64,000 nucleotides of DNA, taken from positions 134,540,001 through 134,604,000 of the forward strand of contig OX597814.1 in assembly GCA_951406725.2 (NCBI GenBank), written 5' to 3'. The notes under the pieces are model-generated. The model searched no databases, was not told where the DNA came from, and worked only from the letters and a program-made list of their open reading frames with translations. Position 1 is the first letter of the stretch, and each line of letters opens with the position of its first letter. A program made the translations under genes and the position numbers. The DNA is from Octopus vulgaris. Its lineage: Eukaryota. This document shows, piece by piece, positions 11,415 to 26,654 of this stretch.

Positions 11415-14400
11415 GCTACTTTCAAGCCTTCGCCATAACTTGATTTATCTTTCCTATCTCTCTCTCTACGAAATTTAACCTTAGGCTACCTCAAGCCGTA
11501 ATCCCATCTTTCCCCATCTTTCCGCCATCGGCGGTCTTTCCTCCTCTTCTTCTTCTTATGCTAAAACTTGAAAATCGCCATTACCATTACGATTCTACAA
11601 TTTAAATTCCCAATTCAACTTACTTTCTTCTTCAATTTCAACTCCCGGTCGATGCCCGCAGCAAGTTCTTAAAAATTTACTATTTTTATTTTTCCATACA
11701 TAGCGCGACATACATTCATTCGTTGTTACTACGTTTATTCATACATTGATAACTTGATTCGTCTTACCCATCTCTCTCACTACGAAAATTTAACCTTTTA
11801 GGCTACTTTCAAGCCTTCGCCATAACTTGATTTATCTTTCCTATCTCTCTCTACGAAATTTAACCTTAGGCTACCTCAAGCCGTAATCCCATCTTTCCCC
11901 ATCTTTCCGCCATCGGCGGTCTTTCCTCCTCTTCTTCTTCTTATGCTAAAACTTGAAAATCGCCATTACCATTACGATTCTACAATTTAAATTCCCAATT
12001 CAACTTACTTTCTTCTTCAATTTCAACTCCCGGTCGATGCCCGCAGCAAGTTCTTAAAAATTTATCTTACTATTTTTATTTTTCCATACATAGCGCGACA
12101 TACATTCATTCGTTGTTACTACGTTTATTCATACATTGATAACTTGATTCGTCTTACCCATCTCTCTCACTACGAAAATTTAACCTTTTAGGCTACTTTC
12201 AAGCCTTCGCCATAACTTGATTTATCTTTCCTATCTCTCTCCCTACGAAATTTAACCTTAGGCTACCTCAAGCCGTAATCCCATCTTTCCCCATCTTTCC
12301 GCCATCGGCGGTCTTTCCTCCTCTTCTTCTTCTTATGCTAAAACTTGAAAATCGCCATTACCATTACGATTCTACAATTTAAATTCCCAATTCAACTTAC
12401 TTTCTTCTTCAATTTCAACTCCCGGTCGATGCCCGCAGCAAGTTCTTAAAAATTTATCTTAATATTTTATTTTTCCATACATAGCACGACATACATTTAT
12501 TCGTTGTTACTACGTTTATTCATACATTGATAACTTGATTCGTCTTACCCATCTCTCTCACTACGAAAATTTAACCTTTTAGGCTACTTTCAAGCCTTCG
12601 CCATAACTTGATTTATCTTTCCTATCTCTCTCTCTACGAAATTTAACCTTAGGCTATCTCAAGCCGTAATCCCATCTTTCCCCATCTTTCCGCCATCGGC
12701 GGTCTATCCTCCTCTTCTTCTTCTTATGCTAAAACTTGAAAATCGCCATTACCATTACGATTCTACAATTTAAATTCCCAATTCAACTTACTTTCTTCTT
12801 CAATTTCAACTCCCGGTCGATGCCCGCAGCAAGTTCTTAAAAATTTACTATTTTTATTTTTCCATACATAGCGCGACATACATTCATTCGTTGTTACTAC
12901 GTTTATTCATACATTGATAACTTGATTCGTCTTACCCATCTCTCTCACTACGAAAATTTTACCTTTTAGGCTACTTTCAAGCCTTCGCCATAACTTGATT
13001 TATCTTTCCTATCTCTCTCTCTACGAAATTTAACCTTAGGCTACCTCAAGCCGTAATCCCATCTTTCCCCATCTTTCCGCCATCGGCGGTCTTTCCTCCT
13101 CTTCTTCTTCTTATGCTAAAACTTGAAAATCGCCATTACCATTACGATTCTACAATTTAAATTCCCAATTCAACTTACTTTCTTCTTCAATTTCAACTCC
13201 CGATCGATGCCCGCAGCAAGTTCTTAAAAATTTATCTTACTATTTTATTTTTCCATACATAGCGCGACATACATTCATTCGTTGTTACTACGTTTATTCA
13301 TACATTGATAACTTGATTCGTCTTACCCATCTCTCTCACTACGAAAATTTAACCTTTTAGGCTACTTTCAAGCCTTCGCCATAACTTGATTTATCTTTCC
13401 TATCTCTCTCTCTACGAAATTTAACCTTAGGCTACCTCAAGCCGTAATCCCATCTTTCCCCATCTTTCCGCCATCGGCGGTCTTTCCTCCTCTTCTTCTT
13501 CTTATGCTAAAACTTGAAAATCGCCATTACCATTACGATTCTACAATTTAAATTCCCAATTCAACTTACTTTCTTCTTCAATTTCAACTCCCGGTCGATG
13601 CCCGCAGCAAGTTCTTAAAAATTTATCTTACTATTTTTATTTTTCCATACATAGCGCGACATACATTCATTCGTTGTTACTACGTTTATTCATACATTGA
13701 TAACTTGATTCGTCTTACCCATCTCTCTCACTACGAAAATTTAACCTTTTAGGCTACTTTCAAGCCTTCGCCATAACTTGATTTATCTTTCCTATCTCTC
13801 TCTCTACGAAATTTAACCTTAGGCTACCTCAAGCCGTAATCCCATCTTTCCCCATCTTTCCGCCATCGGCGGTCTTTCCTCCTCTTCTTCTTCTTATGCT
13901 AAAACTTGAAAATCGCCATTACCATTACGATTCTACAATTTAAATTCCCAATTCAACTTACTTTCTTCTTCAATTTCAACTCCCGGTCGATGCCCGCAGC
14001 AAGTTCTTAAAAATTTATCTTACTATTTTATTTTTCCATACATAGCGCGACATACATTCATTCGTTGTTACTACGTTTATTCATACATTGATAACTTGAT
14101 TCGTCTTACCCATCTCTCTCACTACGAAAATTTTACCTTTTAGGCTACTTTCAAGCCTTCGCCATAACTTGATTTATCTTTCCTATCTCTCTCTCTACGA
14201 AATTTAACCTTAGGCTACCTCAAGCCGTAATCCCATCTTTCCCCATCTTTCCGCCATCGGCGGTCTTTCCTCCTCTTCTTCTTCTTATGCTAAAACTTGA
14301 AAATCGCCATTACCATTACGATTCTACAATTTAAATTCCCAATTCAACTTACTTTCTTCTTCAATTTCAACTCCCGGTCGATGCCCGCAGCAAGTTCTTA

Positions 14401-17400
14401 AAAATTTATCTTAATATTTTATTTTTCCATACATAGCACGACATACATTTATTCGTTGTTACTACGTTTATTCATACATTGATAACTTGATTCGTCTTAC
14501 CCATCTCTCTCACTACGAAAATTTAACCTTTTAGGCTACTTTCAAGCCTTCGCCATAACTTGATTTATCTTTCCTATCTCTCTCTCTACGAAATTTAACC
14601 TTAGGCTACCTCAAGCCGTAATCCCATCTTTCCCCATCTTTCCGCCATCGGCGGTCTATCCTCCTCTTCTTCTTCTTATGCTAAAACTTGAAAATCGCCA
14701 TTACCATTACGATTCTACAATTTAAATTCCCAATTCAACTTACTTTCTTCTTCAATTTCAACTCCCGGTCGATGCCCGCAGCAAGTTCTTAAAAATTTAC
14801 TATTTTTATTTTTCCATACATAGCGCGACATACATTCATTCGTTGTTACTACGTTTATTCATACATTGATAACTTGATTCGTCTTACCCATCTCTCTCAC
14901 TACGAAAATTTAACCTTTTAGGCTACTTTCAAGCCTTCGCCATTAACTTGATTTATCTTTCCTATCTCTCTCTCTACGAAATTTAACCTTAGGCTACCTC
15001 AAGCCGTAATCCCATCTTTCCCCATCTTTCCGCCATCGGCGGTCTTTCCTCCTCTTCTTCTTCTTATGCTAAAACTTGAAAATCGCCATTACCATTACGA
15101 TTCTACAATTTAAATTCCCAATTCAACTTACTTTCTTCTTCAATTTCAACTCCCGATCGATGCCCGCAGCAAGTTCTTAAAAATTTATCTTACTATTTTA
15201 TTTTTCCATACATAGCGCGACATACATTCATTCGTTGTTACTACGTTTATTCATACATTGATAACTTGATTCGTCTTACCCATCTCTCTCACTACGAAAA
15301 TTTAACCTTTTAGGCTACTTTCAAGCCTTCGCCATAACTTGATTTATCTTTCCTATCTCTCTCTCTACGAAATTTAACCTTAGGCTACCTCAAGCCGTAA
15401 TCCCATCTTTCCCCATCTTTCCGCCATCGGCGGTCTTTCCTCCTCTTCTTCTTCTTATGCTAAAACTTGAAAATCGCCATTACCATTACGATTCTACAAT
15501 TTAAATTCCCAATTCAACTTACTTTCTTCTTCAATTTCAACTCCCGGTCGATGCCCGCAGCAAGTTCTTAAAAATTTACTATTTTTATTTTTCCATACAT
15601 AGCGCGACATACATTCATTCGTTGTTACTACGTTTATTCATACATTGATATCTTGATTCGTCTTACCCATCTCTCTCACTACGAAAATTTAACCTTTTAG
15701 GCTACTTTCAAGCCTTCGCCATAACTTGATTTATCTTTCCTATCTCTCTCCCTACGAAATTTAACCTTAGGCTACCTCAAGCCGTAATCCCATCTTTCCC
15801 CATCTTTCCGCCATCGGCGGTCTTTCCTCCTCTTCTTCTTCTTATGCTAAAACTTGAAAATCGCCATTACCATTACGATTCTACAATTTAAATTCCCAAT
15901 TCAACTTACTTTCTTCTTCAATTTCAACTCCCGGTCGATGCCCGCAGCAAGTTCTTAAAAATTTATCTTACTATTTTATTTTTCCATACATAGCGCGACA
16001 TACATTCATTCGTTGTTACTACGTTTATTCATACATTGATAACTTGATTCGTCTTACCCATCACTCTCACTACGAAAATTTAACCTTTTCGGCTACTTTC
16101 AAGCCTTCGCCATAACTTGATTTATCTTTCCTATCTCTCTCTCTACGAAATTTAACCTTAGGCTACCTCAAGCCGTAATCCCATCTTTCCCCATCTTTCC
16201 GCCATCGGCGGTCTTTCCTCCTCTTCTTCTTCTTATGCTAAAACTTGAAAATCGCCATTACCATTACGATTCTACAATTTAAATTCCCAATTCAACTTAC
16301 TTTCTTCTTCAATTTCAACTCCCGGTCGATGCCCGCAGCCAAGTTCTTAAAAATTTATCTTACTATTTTTATTTTTCCATACATAGCGCGACATACATTC
16401 ATTCGTTGTTACTACGTTTATTCATACATTGATAACTTGATTCGTCTTACCCATCTCTCTCACTACGAAAATTTAACCTTTTAGGCTACTTTCAAGCCTT
16501 CGCCATAACTTGATTTATCTTTCCTATCTCTCTCTCTACGAAATTTAACCTTAGGCTACCTCAAGCCGTAATCCCATCTTTCCCCATCTTTCCGCCATCG
16601 GCGGTCTTTCCTCCTCTTCTTCTTCTTATGCTAAAACTTGAAAATCGCCATTACCATTACGATTCTACAATTTAAATTCCCAATTCAACTTACTTTCTTC
16701 TTCAATTTTAACTCCCGGTCGATGCCCGCAGCCAAGTTCTTAAAAATTTATCTTACTATTTTTATTTTTCCATACATAGCGCGACATACATTCATTCGTT
16801 GTTACTACGTTTATTCATACATTGATAACTTGATTCGTCTTACCCATCTCTCTCACTACGAAAATTTAACCTTTTAGGCTACTTTCAAGCCTTCGCCATA
16901 ACTTGATTTATCTTTCCTATCTCTCTCTCTACGAAATTTAACCTTAGGCTACCTCAAGCCGTAATCCCATCTTTCCCCATCTTTCCGCCATCGGCGGTCT
17001 TTCCTCCTCTTCTTCTTCTTATGCTAAAACTTGAAAATCGCCATTACCATTACGATTCTACAATTTAAATTCCCAATTCAACTTACTTTCTTCTTCAATT
17101 TCAACTCCCGGTCGATGCCCGCAGCAAGTTCTTAAAAATTTATCTTACTATTTTTATTTTTCCATACATAGCGCGACATACATTCATTCGTTGTTACTAC
17201 GTTTATTCATACATTGATAACTTGATTCGTCTTACCCATCTCTCTCACTACGAAAATTTAACCTTTTAGGCTACTTTCAAGCCTTCGCCATAACTTGATT
17301 TATCTTTCCTATCTCTCTCTCTACGAAATTTAACCTTAGGCTACCTCAAGCCGTAATCCCATCTTTCCCCATCTTTCCGCCATCGGCGGTCTTTCCTCCT

Positions 17401-20400
17401 CTTCTTCTTCTTATGCTAAAACTTGAAAATCGCCATTACCATTACGATTCTACAATTTAAATTCCCAATTCAACTTACTTTCTTCTTCAATTTCAACTCC
17501 CGGTCGATGCCCGCAGCAAGTTCTTAAAAATTTACTATTTTTATTTTTCCATACATAGCGCGACATACATTCATTCGTTGTTACTACGTTTATTCATACA
17601 TTGATAACTTGATTCGTCTTACCCATCTCTCTCACTACGAAAATTTAACCTTTTAGGCTACTTTCAAGCCTTCGCCATAACTTGATTTATCTTTCCTATC
17701 TCTCTCTCTATGAAATTTAACCTTAGGCTACCTCAAGCCGTAATCCCATCTTTCCCCATCTTTCCGCCATCGGCGGTCTTTCCTCCTCTTCTTCTTCTTA
17801 TGCTAAAACTTGAAAATCGCCATTACCATTACGATTCTACAATTTAAATTCCCAATTCAACTTACTTTCTTCTTCAATTTCAACTCCCGGTCGATGCCCG
17901 CAGCCAAGTTCTTAAAAATTTATCTTACTATTTTTATTTTTCCATACATAGCGCGACATACATTCATTCGTTGTTACTACGTTTATTCATACATTGATAA
18001 CTTGATTCGTCTTACCCATCTCTCTCACTACGAAAATTTAACCTTTTAGGCTACTTTCAAGCCTTCGCCATAACTTGATTTATCTTTCCTATCTCTCTCT
18101 CTACGAAATTTAACCTTAGGCTACCTCAAGCCGTAATCCCATCTTTGTCCATCTTTCCGCCATCGGCGGTCTTTCCTCCTCTTCTTCTTCTTATGCTAAA
18201 ACTTGAAAATCGCCATTACCATTACGATTCTACAATTTAAATTCCCAATTCAACTTACTTTCTTCTTCAATTTCAACTCCCGGTCGATGCCCGCAGCAAG
18301 TTCTTAAAAATTTATCTTACTATTTTTATTTTTCCATACATAGCGCGACATACATTCATTCGTTGTTACTACGTTTATTCATACATTGATAACTTGATTC
18401 GTCTTACCCATCTCTCTCACTACGAAAATTTAACCTTTTAGGCTACTTTCAAGCCTTCGCCATAACTTGATTTATCTTTCCTATCACTCTCTCTACGAAA
18501 TTTAACCTTAGGCTACCTCAAGCCGTAATCCCATCCTTCCCCATCTTTCCGCCATCGGCGGTCTTTCCTCCTCTTCTTCTTCTTATGCTAAAACTTGAAA
18601 ATCGCCATTACCATTACGATTCTACAATTTAAATTCCCAATTCAACTTACTTTCTTCTTCAATTTCAACTCCCGGTCGATGCCCGCAGCAAGTTCTTAAA
18701 AATTTATCTTACTATTTTATTTTTCCATACATAGCGCGACATACATTCATTCGTTGTTACTACGTTTATTCATACATTGATAACTTGATTCGTCTTACCC
18801 ATCTCTCTCACTACGAAAATTTAACCTTTTAGGCTACTTTCAAGCCTTCGCCATAACTTGATTTATCTTTCCTATCTCTCTCTCTACGAAATTTAACCTT
18901 AGGCTACCTCAAGCCGTAATCCCATCCTTCCCCATCTTTCCGCCATCGGCGGTCTTTCCTCCTCTTCTTCTTCTTATGCTAAAACTTGAAAATCGCCATT
19001 ACCATTACGATTCTACAATTTAAATTCCCAATTCAACTTACTTTCTTCTTCAATTTCAACTCCCGGTCGATGCCCGCAGCAAGTTCTTAAAAATTTATCT
19101 TACTATTTTATTTTTCCATACATAGCGCGACATACATTCATTCGTTGTTACTACGTTTATTCATACATTGATAACTTGATTCGTCTTACCCATCTCTCTC
19201 ACTACGAAAATTTAACCTTTTAGGCTACTTTCAAGCCTTCGCCATAACTTGATTTATCTTTCCTATCTCTCTCTCTACGAAATTTAACCTTAGGCTACCT
19301 CAAGCCGTAATCCCATCTTTCCCCATCTTTCCGCCATCGGCGGTCTTTCCTCCTCTTCTTCTTCTTATGCTAAAACTTGAAAATCGCCATTACCATTACG
19401 ATTCTACAATTTAAATTCCCAATTCAACTTACTTTCTTCTTCAATTTCAACTCCCGGTCGATGCCCGCAGCAAGTTCTTAAAAATTTATCTTACTATTTT
19501 ATTTTTCCATACATAGCGCGACATACATTCATTCGTTGTTACTACGTTTATTCATACATTGATAACTTGATTCGTCTTACCCATCTCTCTCACTACGAAA
19601 ATTTAACCTTTTAGGCTACTTTCAAGCCTTCGCCATAACTTGATTTATCTTTCCTATCTCTCTCTCTACGAAATTTAACCTTAGGCTACCTCAAGCCGTA
19701 ATCCCATCTTTCCCCATCTTTCCGCCATCGGCGGTCTTTCCTCCTCTTCTTCTTATGCTAAAACTTGAAAATCGCCATTACCATTACGATTCTACAATTT
19801 AAATTCCCAATTCAACTTACTTTCTTCTTCAATTTCAACTCCCGGTCGATGCCCGCAGCAAGTTCTTAAAAATTTACTATTTTTATTTTTCCATACATAG
19901 CGCGACATACATTCATTCGTTGTTACTACGTTTATTCATACATTGATAACTTGATTCGTCTTACCCATCTCTCTCACTACGAAAATTTAACCTTTTAGGC
20001 TACTTTCAAGCCTTCGCCATAACTTGATTTATCTTTCCTATCTCTCTCTCTATGAAATTTAACCTTAGGCTACCTCAAGCCGTAATCCCATCTTTCCCCA
20101 TCTTTCCGCCATCGGCGGTCTTTCCTCCTCTTCTTCTTCTTATGCTAAAACTTGAAAATCGCCATTACCATTACGATTCTACAATTTAAATTCCCAATTC
20201 AACTTACTTTCTTCTTCAATTTCAACTCCCGGTCGATGCCCGCAGCAAGTTCTTAAAAATTTATCTTACTATTTTTATTTTTCCATACATAGCGCGACAT
20301 ACATTCATTCGTTGTTACTACGTTTATTCATACATTGATAACTTGATTCGTCTTACCCATCTCTCTCACTACGAAAATTTAACCTTTTAGGCTACTTTCA

Positions 20401-23400
20401 AGCCTTCGCCATAACTTGATTTATCTTTCCTATCTCTCTCTCTACGAAATTTAACCTTAGGCTACCTCAAGCCGTAATCCCATCTTTGTCCATCTTTCCG
20501 CCATCGGCGGTCTTTCCTCCTCTTCTTCTTCTTATGCTAAAACTTGAAAATCGCCATTACCATTACGATTCTACAATTTAAATTCCCAATTCAACTTACT
20601 TTCTTCTTCAATTTCAACTCCCGGTCGATGCCCGCAGCAAGTTCTTAAAAATTTATCTTACTATTTTTATTTTTCCATACATAGCGCGACATACATTCAT
20701 TCGTTGTTACTACGTTTATTCATACATTGATAACTTGATTCGTCTTACCCATCTCTCTCACTACGAAAATTTAACCTTTTAGGCTACTTTCAAGCCTTCG
20801 CCATAACTTGATTTATCTTTCCTATCACTCTCTCTACGAAATTTAACCTTAGGCTACCTCAAGCCGTAATCCCATCCTTTCCCCATCTTTCCGCCATCGG
20901 CGGTCTTTCCTCCTCTTCTTCTTCTTATGCTAAAACTTGAAAATCGCTATTACCAATACGATTCTACAATTTAAATTCCCAATTCAACTTACTTTCTTCT
21001 TCAATTTCAACTCCCGGTCGATGCCCGCAGCAAGTTCTTAAAAATTTATCTTACTATTTTATTTTTCCATACATAGCGCGACATACATTCATTCGTTGTT
21101 ACTACGTTTATTCATACATTGATAACTTGATTCGTCTTACCCATCTCTCTCAATACGAAAATTTAACCTTTTAGGCTACTTTCAAGCCTTCGCCATAACT
21201 TGATTTATCTTTCCTATCTCTCTCTCTACGAAATTTAACCTTAGGCTACCTCAAGCCGTAATCCCATCTTTCCCCATCTTTCCGCCATCGGCGGTCTATC
21301 CTCCTCTTCTTCTTCTTATGCTAAAACTTGAAAATCGCCATTACCATTACGATTCTACAATTTAAATTCCCAATTCAACTTACTTTCTTCTTCAATTTCA
21401 ACTCCCGGTCGATGCCCGCAGCAAGTTCTTAAAAATTTATCTTACTATTTTATTTTTCCATACATAGCGCGACATACATTCATTCGTTGTTACTACGTTT
21501 ATTCATACATTGATAACTTGATTCGTCTTACCCATCTCTCTCACTACGAAAATTTAACCTTTTAGGCTACTTTCAAGCCTTCGCCATAACTTGATTTATC
21601 TTTCCTATCTCTCTCTCTACGAAATTTAACCTTAGGCTACCTCAAGCCGTAATCCCATCTTTCCCCATCTTTCCGCCATCGGCGGTCTTTCCTCCTCTTC
21701 TTCTTCTTATGCTAAAACTTGAAAATCGCCATTACCATTACGATTCTACAATTTAAATTCCCAATTCAACTTACTTTCTTCTTCAATTTCAACTCCCGGT
21801 CGATGCCCGCAGCAAGTTCTTAAAAATTTATCTTAATATTTTATTTTTCCATACATAGCACGACATACATTTATTCGTTGTTACTACGTTTATTCATACA
21901 TTGATAACTTGATTCGTCTTACCCATCTCTCTCACTACGAAAATTTAACCTTTTAGGCTACTTTCAAGCCTTCGCCATAACTTGATTTATCTTTCCTATC
22001 TCTCTCTCTACGAAATTTAACCTTAGGCTACCTCAAGCCGTAATCCCATCTTTCCCCATCTTTCCGCCATCGGCGGTCTTTCCTCCTCTTCTTCTTCTTA
22101 TGCTAAAACTTGAAAATCGCCATTACCATTACGATTCTACAATTTAAATTCCCAATTCAACATACTTTCTTCTTCAATTTCAACTCCCGGTCGATGCCCG
22201 CAGCAAGTTCTTAAAAATTTACTATTTTTATTTTTCCATACATAGCGCGACATACATTCATTCGTTGTTACTACGTTTATTCATACATTGATATCTTGAT
22301 TCGTCTTACCCATCTCTCTCACTACGAAAATTTAACCTTTTAGGCTACTTTCAAGCCTTCGCCATAACTTGATTTATCTTTCCTATCTCTCTCCCTACGA
22401 AATTTAACCTTAGGCTACCTCAAGCCGTAATCCCATCTTTCCCCATCTTTCCGCCATCGGCGGTCTTTCCTCCTCTTCTTCTTCTTATGCTAAAACTTGA
22501 AAATCGCCATTACCATTACGATTCTACAATTTAAATTCCCAATTCAACTTACTTTCTTCTTCAATTTCAACTCCCGGTCGATGCCCGCAGCAAGTTCTTA
22601 AAAATTTATCTTACTATTTTATTTTTCCATACATAGCGCGACATACATTCATTCGTTGTTACTACGTTTATTCATACATTGATAACTTGATTCGTCTTAC
22701 CCATCTCTCTCACTACGAAAATTTAACCTTTTCGGCTACTTTCAAGCCTTCGCCATAACTTGATTTATCTTTCCTATCTTTCTCTCTACGAAATTTAACC
22801 TTAGGCTACCTCAAGCCGTAATCCCATCTTTCCCCATCTTTCCGCCATCGGCGGTCTTTCCTCCTCTTCTTCTTCTTATGCTAAAACTTGAAAATCGCCA
22901 TTACCATTACGATTCTACAATTTAAATTCCCAATTCAACTTACTTTCTTCTTCAATTTCAACTCCCGGTCGATGCCCGCAGCAAGTTCTTAAAAATTTAC
23001 TATTTTTATTTTTCCATACATAGCGCGACATACATTCATTCGTTGTTACTACGTTTATTCATACATTGATAACTTGATTCGTCTTACCCATCTCTCTCAC
23101 TACGAAAATTTAACCTTTTAGGCTACTTTCAAGCCTTCGCCATAACTTGATTTATCTTTCCTATCTCTCTCTCTACGAAATTTAACCTTAGGCTACCTCA
23201 AGCCGTAATCCCATCTTTCCCCATCTTTCCGCCACCGGCGGTCTTTCCTCCTCTTCTTCTTCTTATGCTAAAACTTGAAAATCGCCATTACCATTACGAT
23301 TCTACAATTTAAATTCCCAATTCAACTTACTTTCTTCTTCAATTTTAACTCCCGGTCGATGCCCGCAACCAGTTCTTAAAAATTTATCTTACTATTTTTA

Positions 23401-26001
23401 TTTTTCCATACATAGCGCGACATACATTCATTCGTTGTTACTACGTTTATTCATACATTGATAACTTGATTCGTCTTACCCATCTCTCTCACTACGAAAA
23501 TTTAACCTTTTAGGCTACTTTCAAGCCTTCGCCATAACTTGATTTATCTTTCCTATCTCTCTCTCTACGAAATTTAACCTTAGGCTACCTCAATCCGTAA
23601 TCCCATCTTTTCCCATCTTTCCGCCATTGGCGGTCTTTTTCTTTTTTTTTTTTTTTTCCTCCTCTTCTTCTTCTTATGCTAAAACTTGAAAATCGCCATT
23701 ACCATTACGATTCTACAATTTAAATTCCCAATTCAACTTACTTTCTTCTTCAATTTCAACTCCCGGTCGATGCCCGCAGCAAGTTCTTAAAAATTTATCT
23801 TACTATTTTTATTTTTCCATACATAGCGCGACATACATTCATTCGTTGTTACTACGTTTATTCATACATTGATAACTTGATTCGTCTTACCCATCTCTCT
23901 CACTACGAAAATTTAACCTTTTAGGCTACTTTCAAGCCTTCGCCATAACTTGATTTATCTTTCCTATCTCTCTCTCTATGAAATTTAACCTTAGGCTACC
24001 TCAAGCCGTAATCCCATCTTTCCCCATCTTTCCGCCATCGGCGGTCTTTCCTCCTCTTCTTCTTCTTATGCTAAAACTTGAAAATCGCCATTACCATTAC
24101 GATTCTACAATTTAAATTCCCAATTCAACTTACTTTCTTCTTCAATTTCAACTCCCGGTCGATGCCCGCAGCAAGTTCTTAAAAATTTATCTTACTATTT
24201 TTATTTTTCCATACATAGCGCGACATACATTCATTCGTTGTTACTACGTTTATTCATACATTGATAACTTGATTCGTCTTACCCATCTCTCTCACTACGA
24301 AAATTTAACCTTTTAGGCTACTTTCAAGCCTTCGCCATAACTTGATTTATCTTTCCTATCTCTCTCTCTACGAAATTTAACCTTAGGCTACCTCAAGCCG
24401 TAATCCCATCTTTGTCCATCTTTCCGCCATCGGCGGTCTTTCCTCCTCTTCTTCTTCTTATGCTAAAACTTGAAAATCGCCATTACCATTACGATTCTAC
24501 AATTTAAATTCCCAATTCAACTTACTTTCTTCTTCAATTTTAACTCCCGGTCGATGCCCGCAACCAGTTCTTAAAAATTTATCTTACTATTTTTATTTTT
24601 CCATACATAGCGCGACATACATTCATTCGTTGTTACTACGTTTATTCATACATTGATAACTTGATTCGTCTTACCCATCTCTCTCACTACGAAAATTTAA
24701 CCTTTTAGGCTACTTTCAAGCCTTCGCCATAACTTGATTTATCTTTCCTATCACTCTCTCTACGAAATTTAACCTTAGGCTACCTCAAGCCGTAATCCCA
24801 TCCTTCCCCATCTTTCCGCCATCGGCGGTCTTTCCTCCTCTTCTTCTTCTTATGCTAAAACTTGAAAATCGCCATTACCATTACGATTCTACAATTTAAA
24901 TTCCCAATTCAACTTACTTTCTTCTTCAATTTCAACTCCCGGTCGATGCCCGCAGCAAGTTCTTAAAAATTTATCTTACTATTTTATTTTTCCATACATA
25001 GCGCGACATACATTCATTCGTTGTTACTACGTTTATTCATACATTGATAACATGATTCGTCTTACCCATCTCTCTCACTACGAAAATTTAACCTTTTAGG
25101 CTACTTTCAAGCCTTCGCCATAACTTGATTTATCTTTCCTATCTCTCTCTCTACGAAATTTAACCTTAGGCTACCTCAAGCCGTAATCCCATCTTTCCCC
25201 ATCTTTCCGCCATCGGCGGTCTTTCCTCCTCTTCTTCTTCTTATGCTAAAACTTGAAAATCGCCATTACCATTACGATTCTACAATTTAAATTCCCAATT
25301 CAACTTACTTTCTTCTTCAATTTCAACTCCCGGTCGATGCCCGCAGCCAGTTCTTAAAAATTTATCTTACTATTTTTATTTTTCCATACATAGCGCGACA
25401 TACATTCATTCGTTGTTACTACGTTTATTCATACATTGATAACTTGATTCGTCTTACCCATCTCTCTCACTACGAAAATTTAACCTTTTAGGCTACTTTC
25501 AAGCCTTCGCCATAACTTGATTTATCTTTCCTATCTCTCTCTCTACGAAATTTAACCTTAGGCTACCTCAAGCCGTAATCCCATCTTTCCCCATCTTTCC
25601 GCCATCGGCGGTCTATCCTCCTCTTCTTCTTCTTATGCTAAAACTTGAAAATCGCCATTACCATTACGATTCTACAATTTAAATTCCCAATTCAACTTAC
25701 TTTCTTCTTCAATTTCAACTCCCGGTCGATGCCCGCAGCAAGTTCTTAAAAATTTATCTTATTTTTATTTTTCCATACATAGCGCGACATACATTCATTC
25801 GTTGTTACTACGTTTATTCATACATTGATAACTTGATTCGTCTTACCCATCTCTCTCACTACGAAAATTTAACCTTTTAGGCTACTTTCAAGCCTTCGCC
25901 ATAACTTGATTTATCTTTCCTATCTCTCTCTCTACGAAATTTAACCTTAGGCTACCTCAAGCCGTAATCCCATCTTTCCCCATGTTTCCGCCATCGGCGG
26001 T
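11415..26001. repeat. Tandem array of ~390-bp monomers (about 37 full copies plus one partial)
   Basis: ggctactttcaagcc recurs about every 385-410 bp (11801, 12191 ... 25491, 25880); copies differ by only a few substitutions/indels; pyrimidine-rich + strand, many CpG. Confidence 0.99.
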
Positions 26002-26014
26002 GCGCCCGCCCCCA

Positions 26015-26270
26015 CCCCCACCACCAATACCGATGAACACTGTTCTCACCCCCACCACCAATACCGATGAACACTGTTCTCATCCCCACCACCAATACCG
26101 GTGAACACTGTTCTCACCCCCACCACCAATACCGGTGAACACTGTTCTCACCGCCACCACCAATACCGGTGAACACTGTTCTCACCCCCACCACCAATAC
26201 CAGTATACCCTGTTCTCACCATCTACACCGGATACGCCCTACTCATCTATACCGGATACGCCCTACTCCC
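26015..26270 (+). repeat. 33-bp minisatellite (~6 copies) plus a 24-bp dimer in the LINE 5' UTR
   Basis: ccccaccaccaataccggtgaacactgttctca repeated; then atctacaccggatacgccctactc twice. Confidence 0.95.
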
Positions 26271-26654
26271 TCCTCCTCCCCCACTCCCCCTTCTCCTCAT
26301 ATGCTTTCACTGTGAAAAGACAAGCTGCTAGCGCCATAGCTCATCAACTGCCCACCGATCTTACGCTTCCTCCTGACACTGCCTCAATCCGACCATCCCC
26401 TTTTAGTACCCTCCCGCCTCGTAATATCCTACGTTTTTATTTCTTACGAACCTACACCAACCCTTCCTGCCATCGTTCCTCCTTACCCCAACCTTCCCCA
26501 CTGGTTGCTCCCCTATATTACCCGCACCCTCTACTATCTCTCCCTCTCTTTCACTGGTGAAACCTTTCTCAACTGGACCCCCCTCCCCAACTCAACTCTA
26601 GAATATCTGTATTTCTTTCCTCTACCTAATTACGTTACTCAGTGACGATAACGA

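Noticed and set aside
16245-18049. Three identical 79-aa ORFs in the 390-bp array
   Set aside because: TTG start, open only in monomers with a particular 1-bp indel combination; low complexity, no recognisable domain.
11415-26001. CRISPR array, rDNA/5S or snRNA gene array, or hammerhead retrozyme
   Set aside because: No unique spacers; no recognisable 5S/tRNA/snRNA sequence; no CTGANGA...GAAA core seen.
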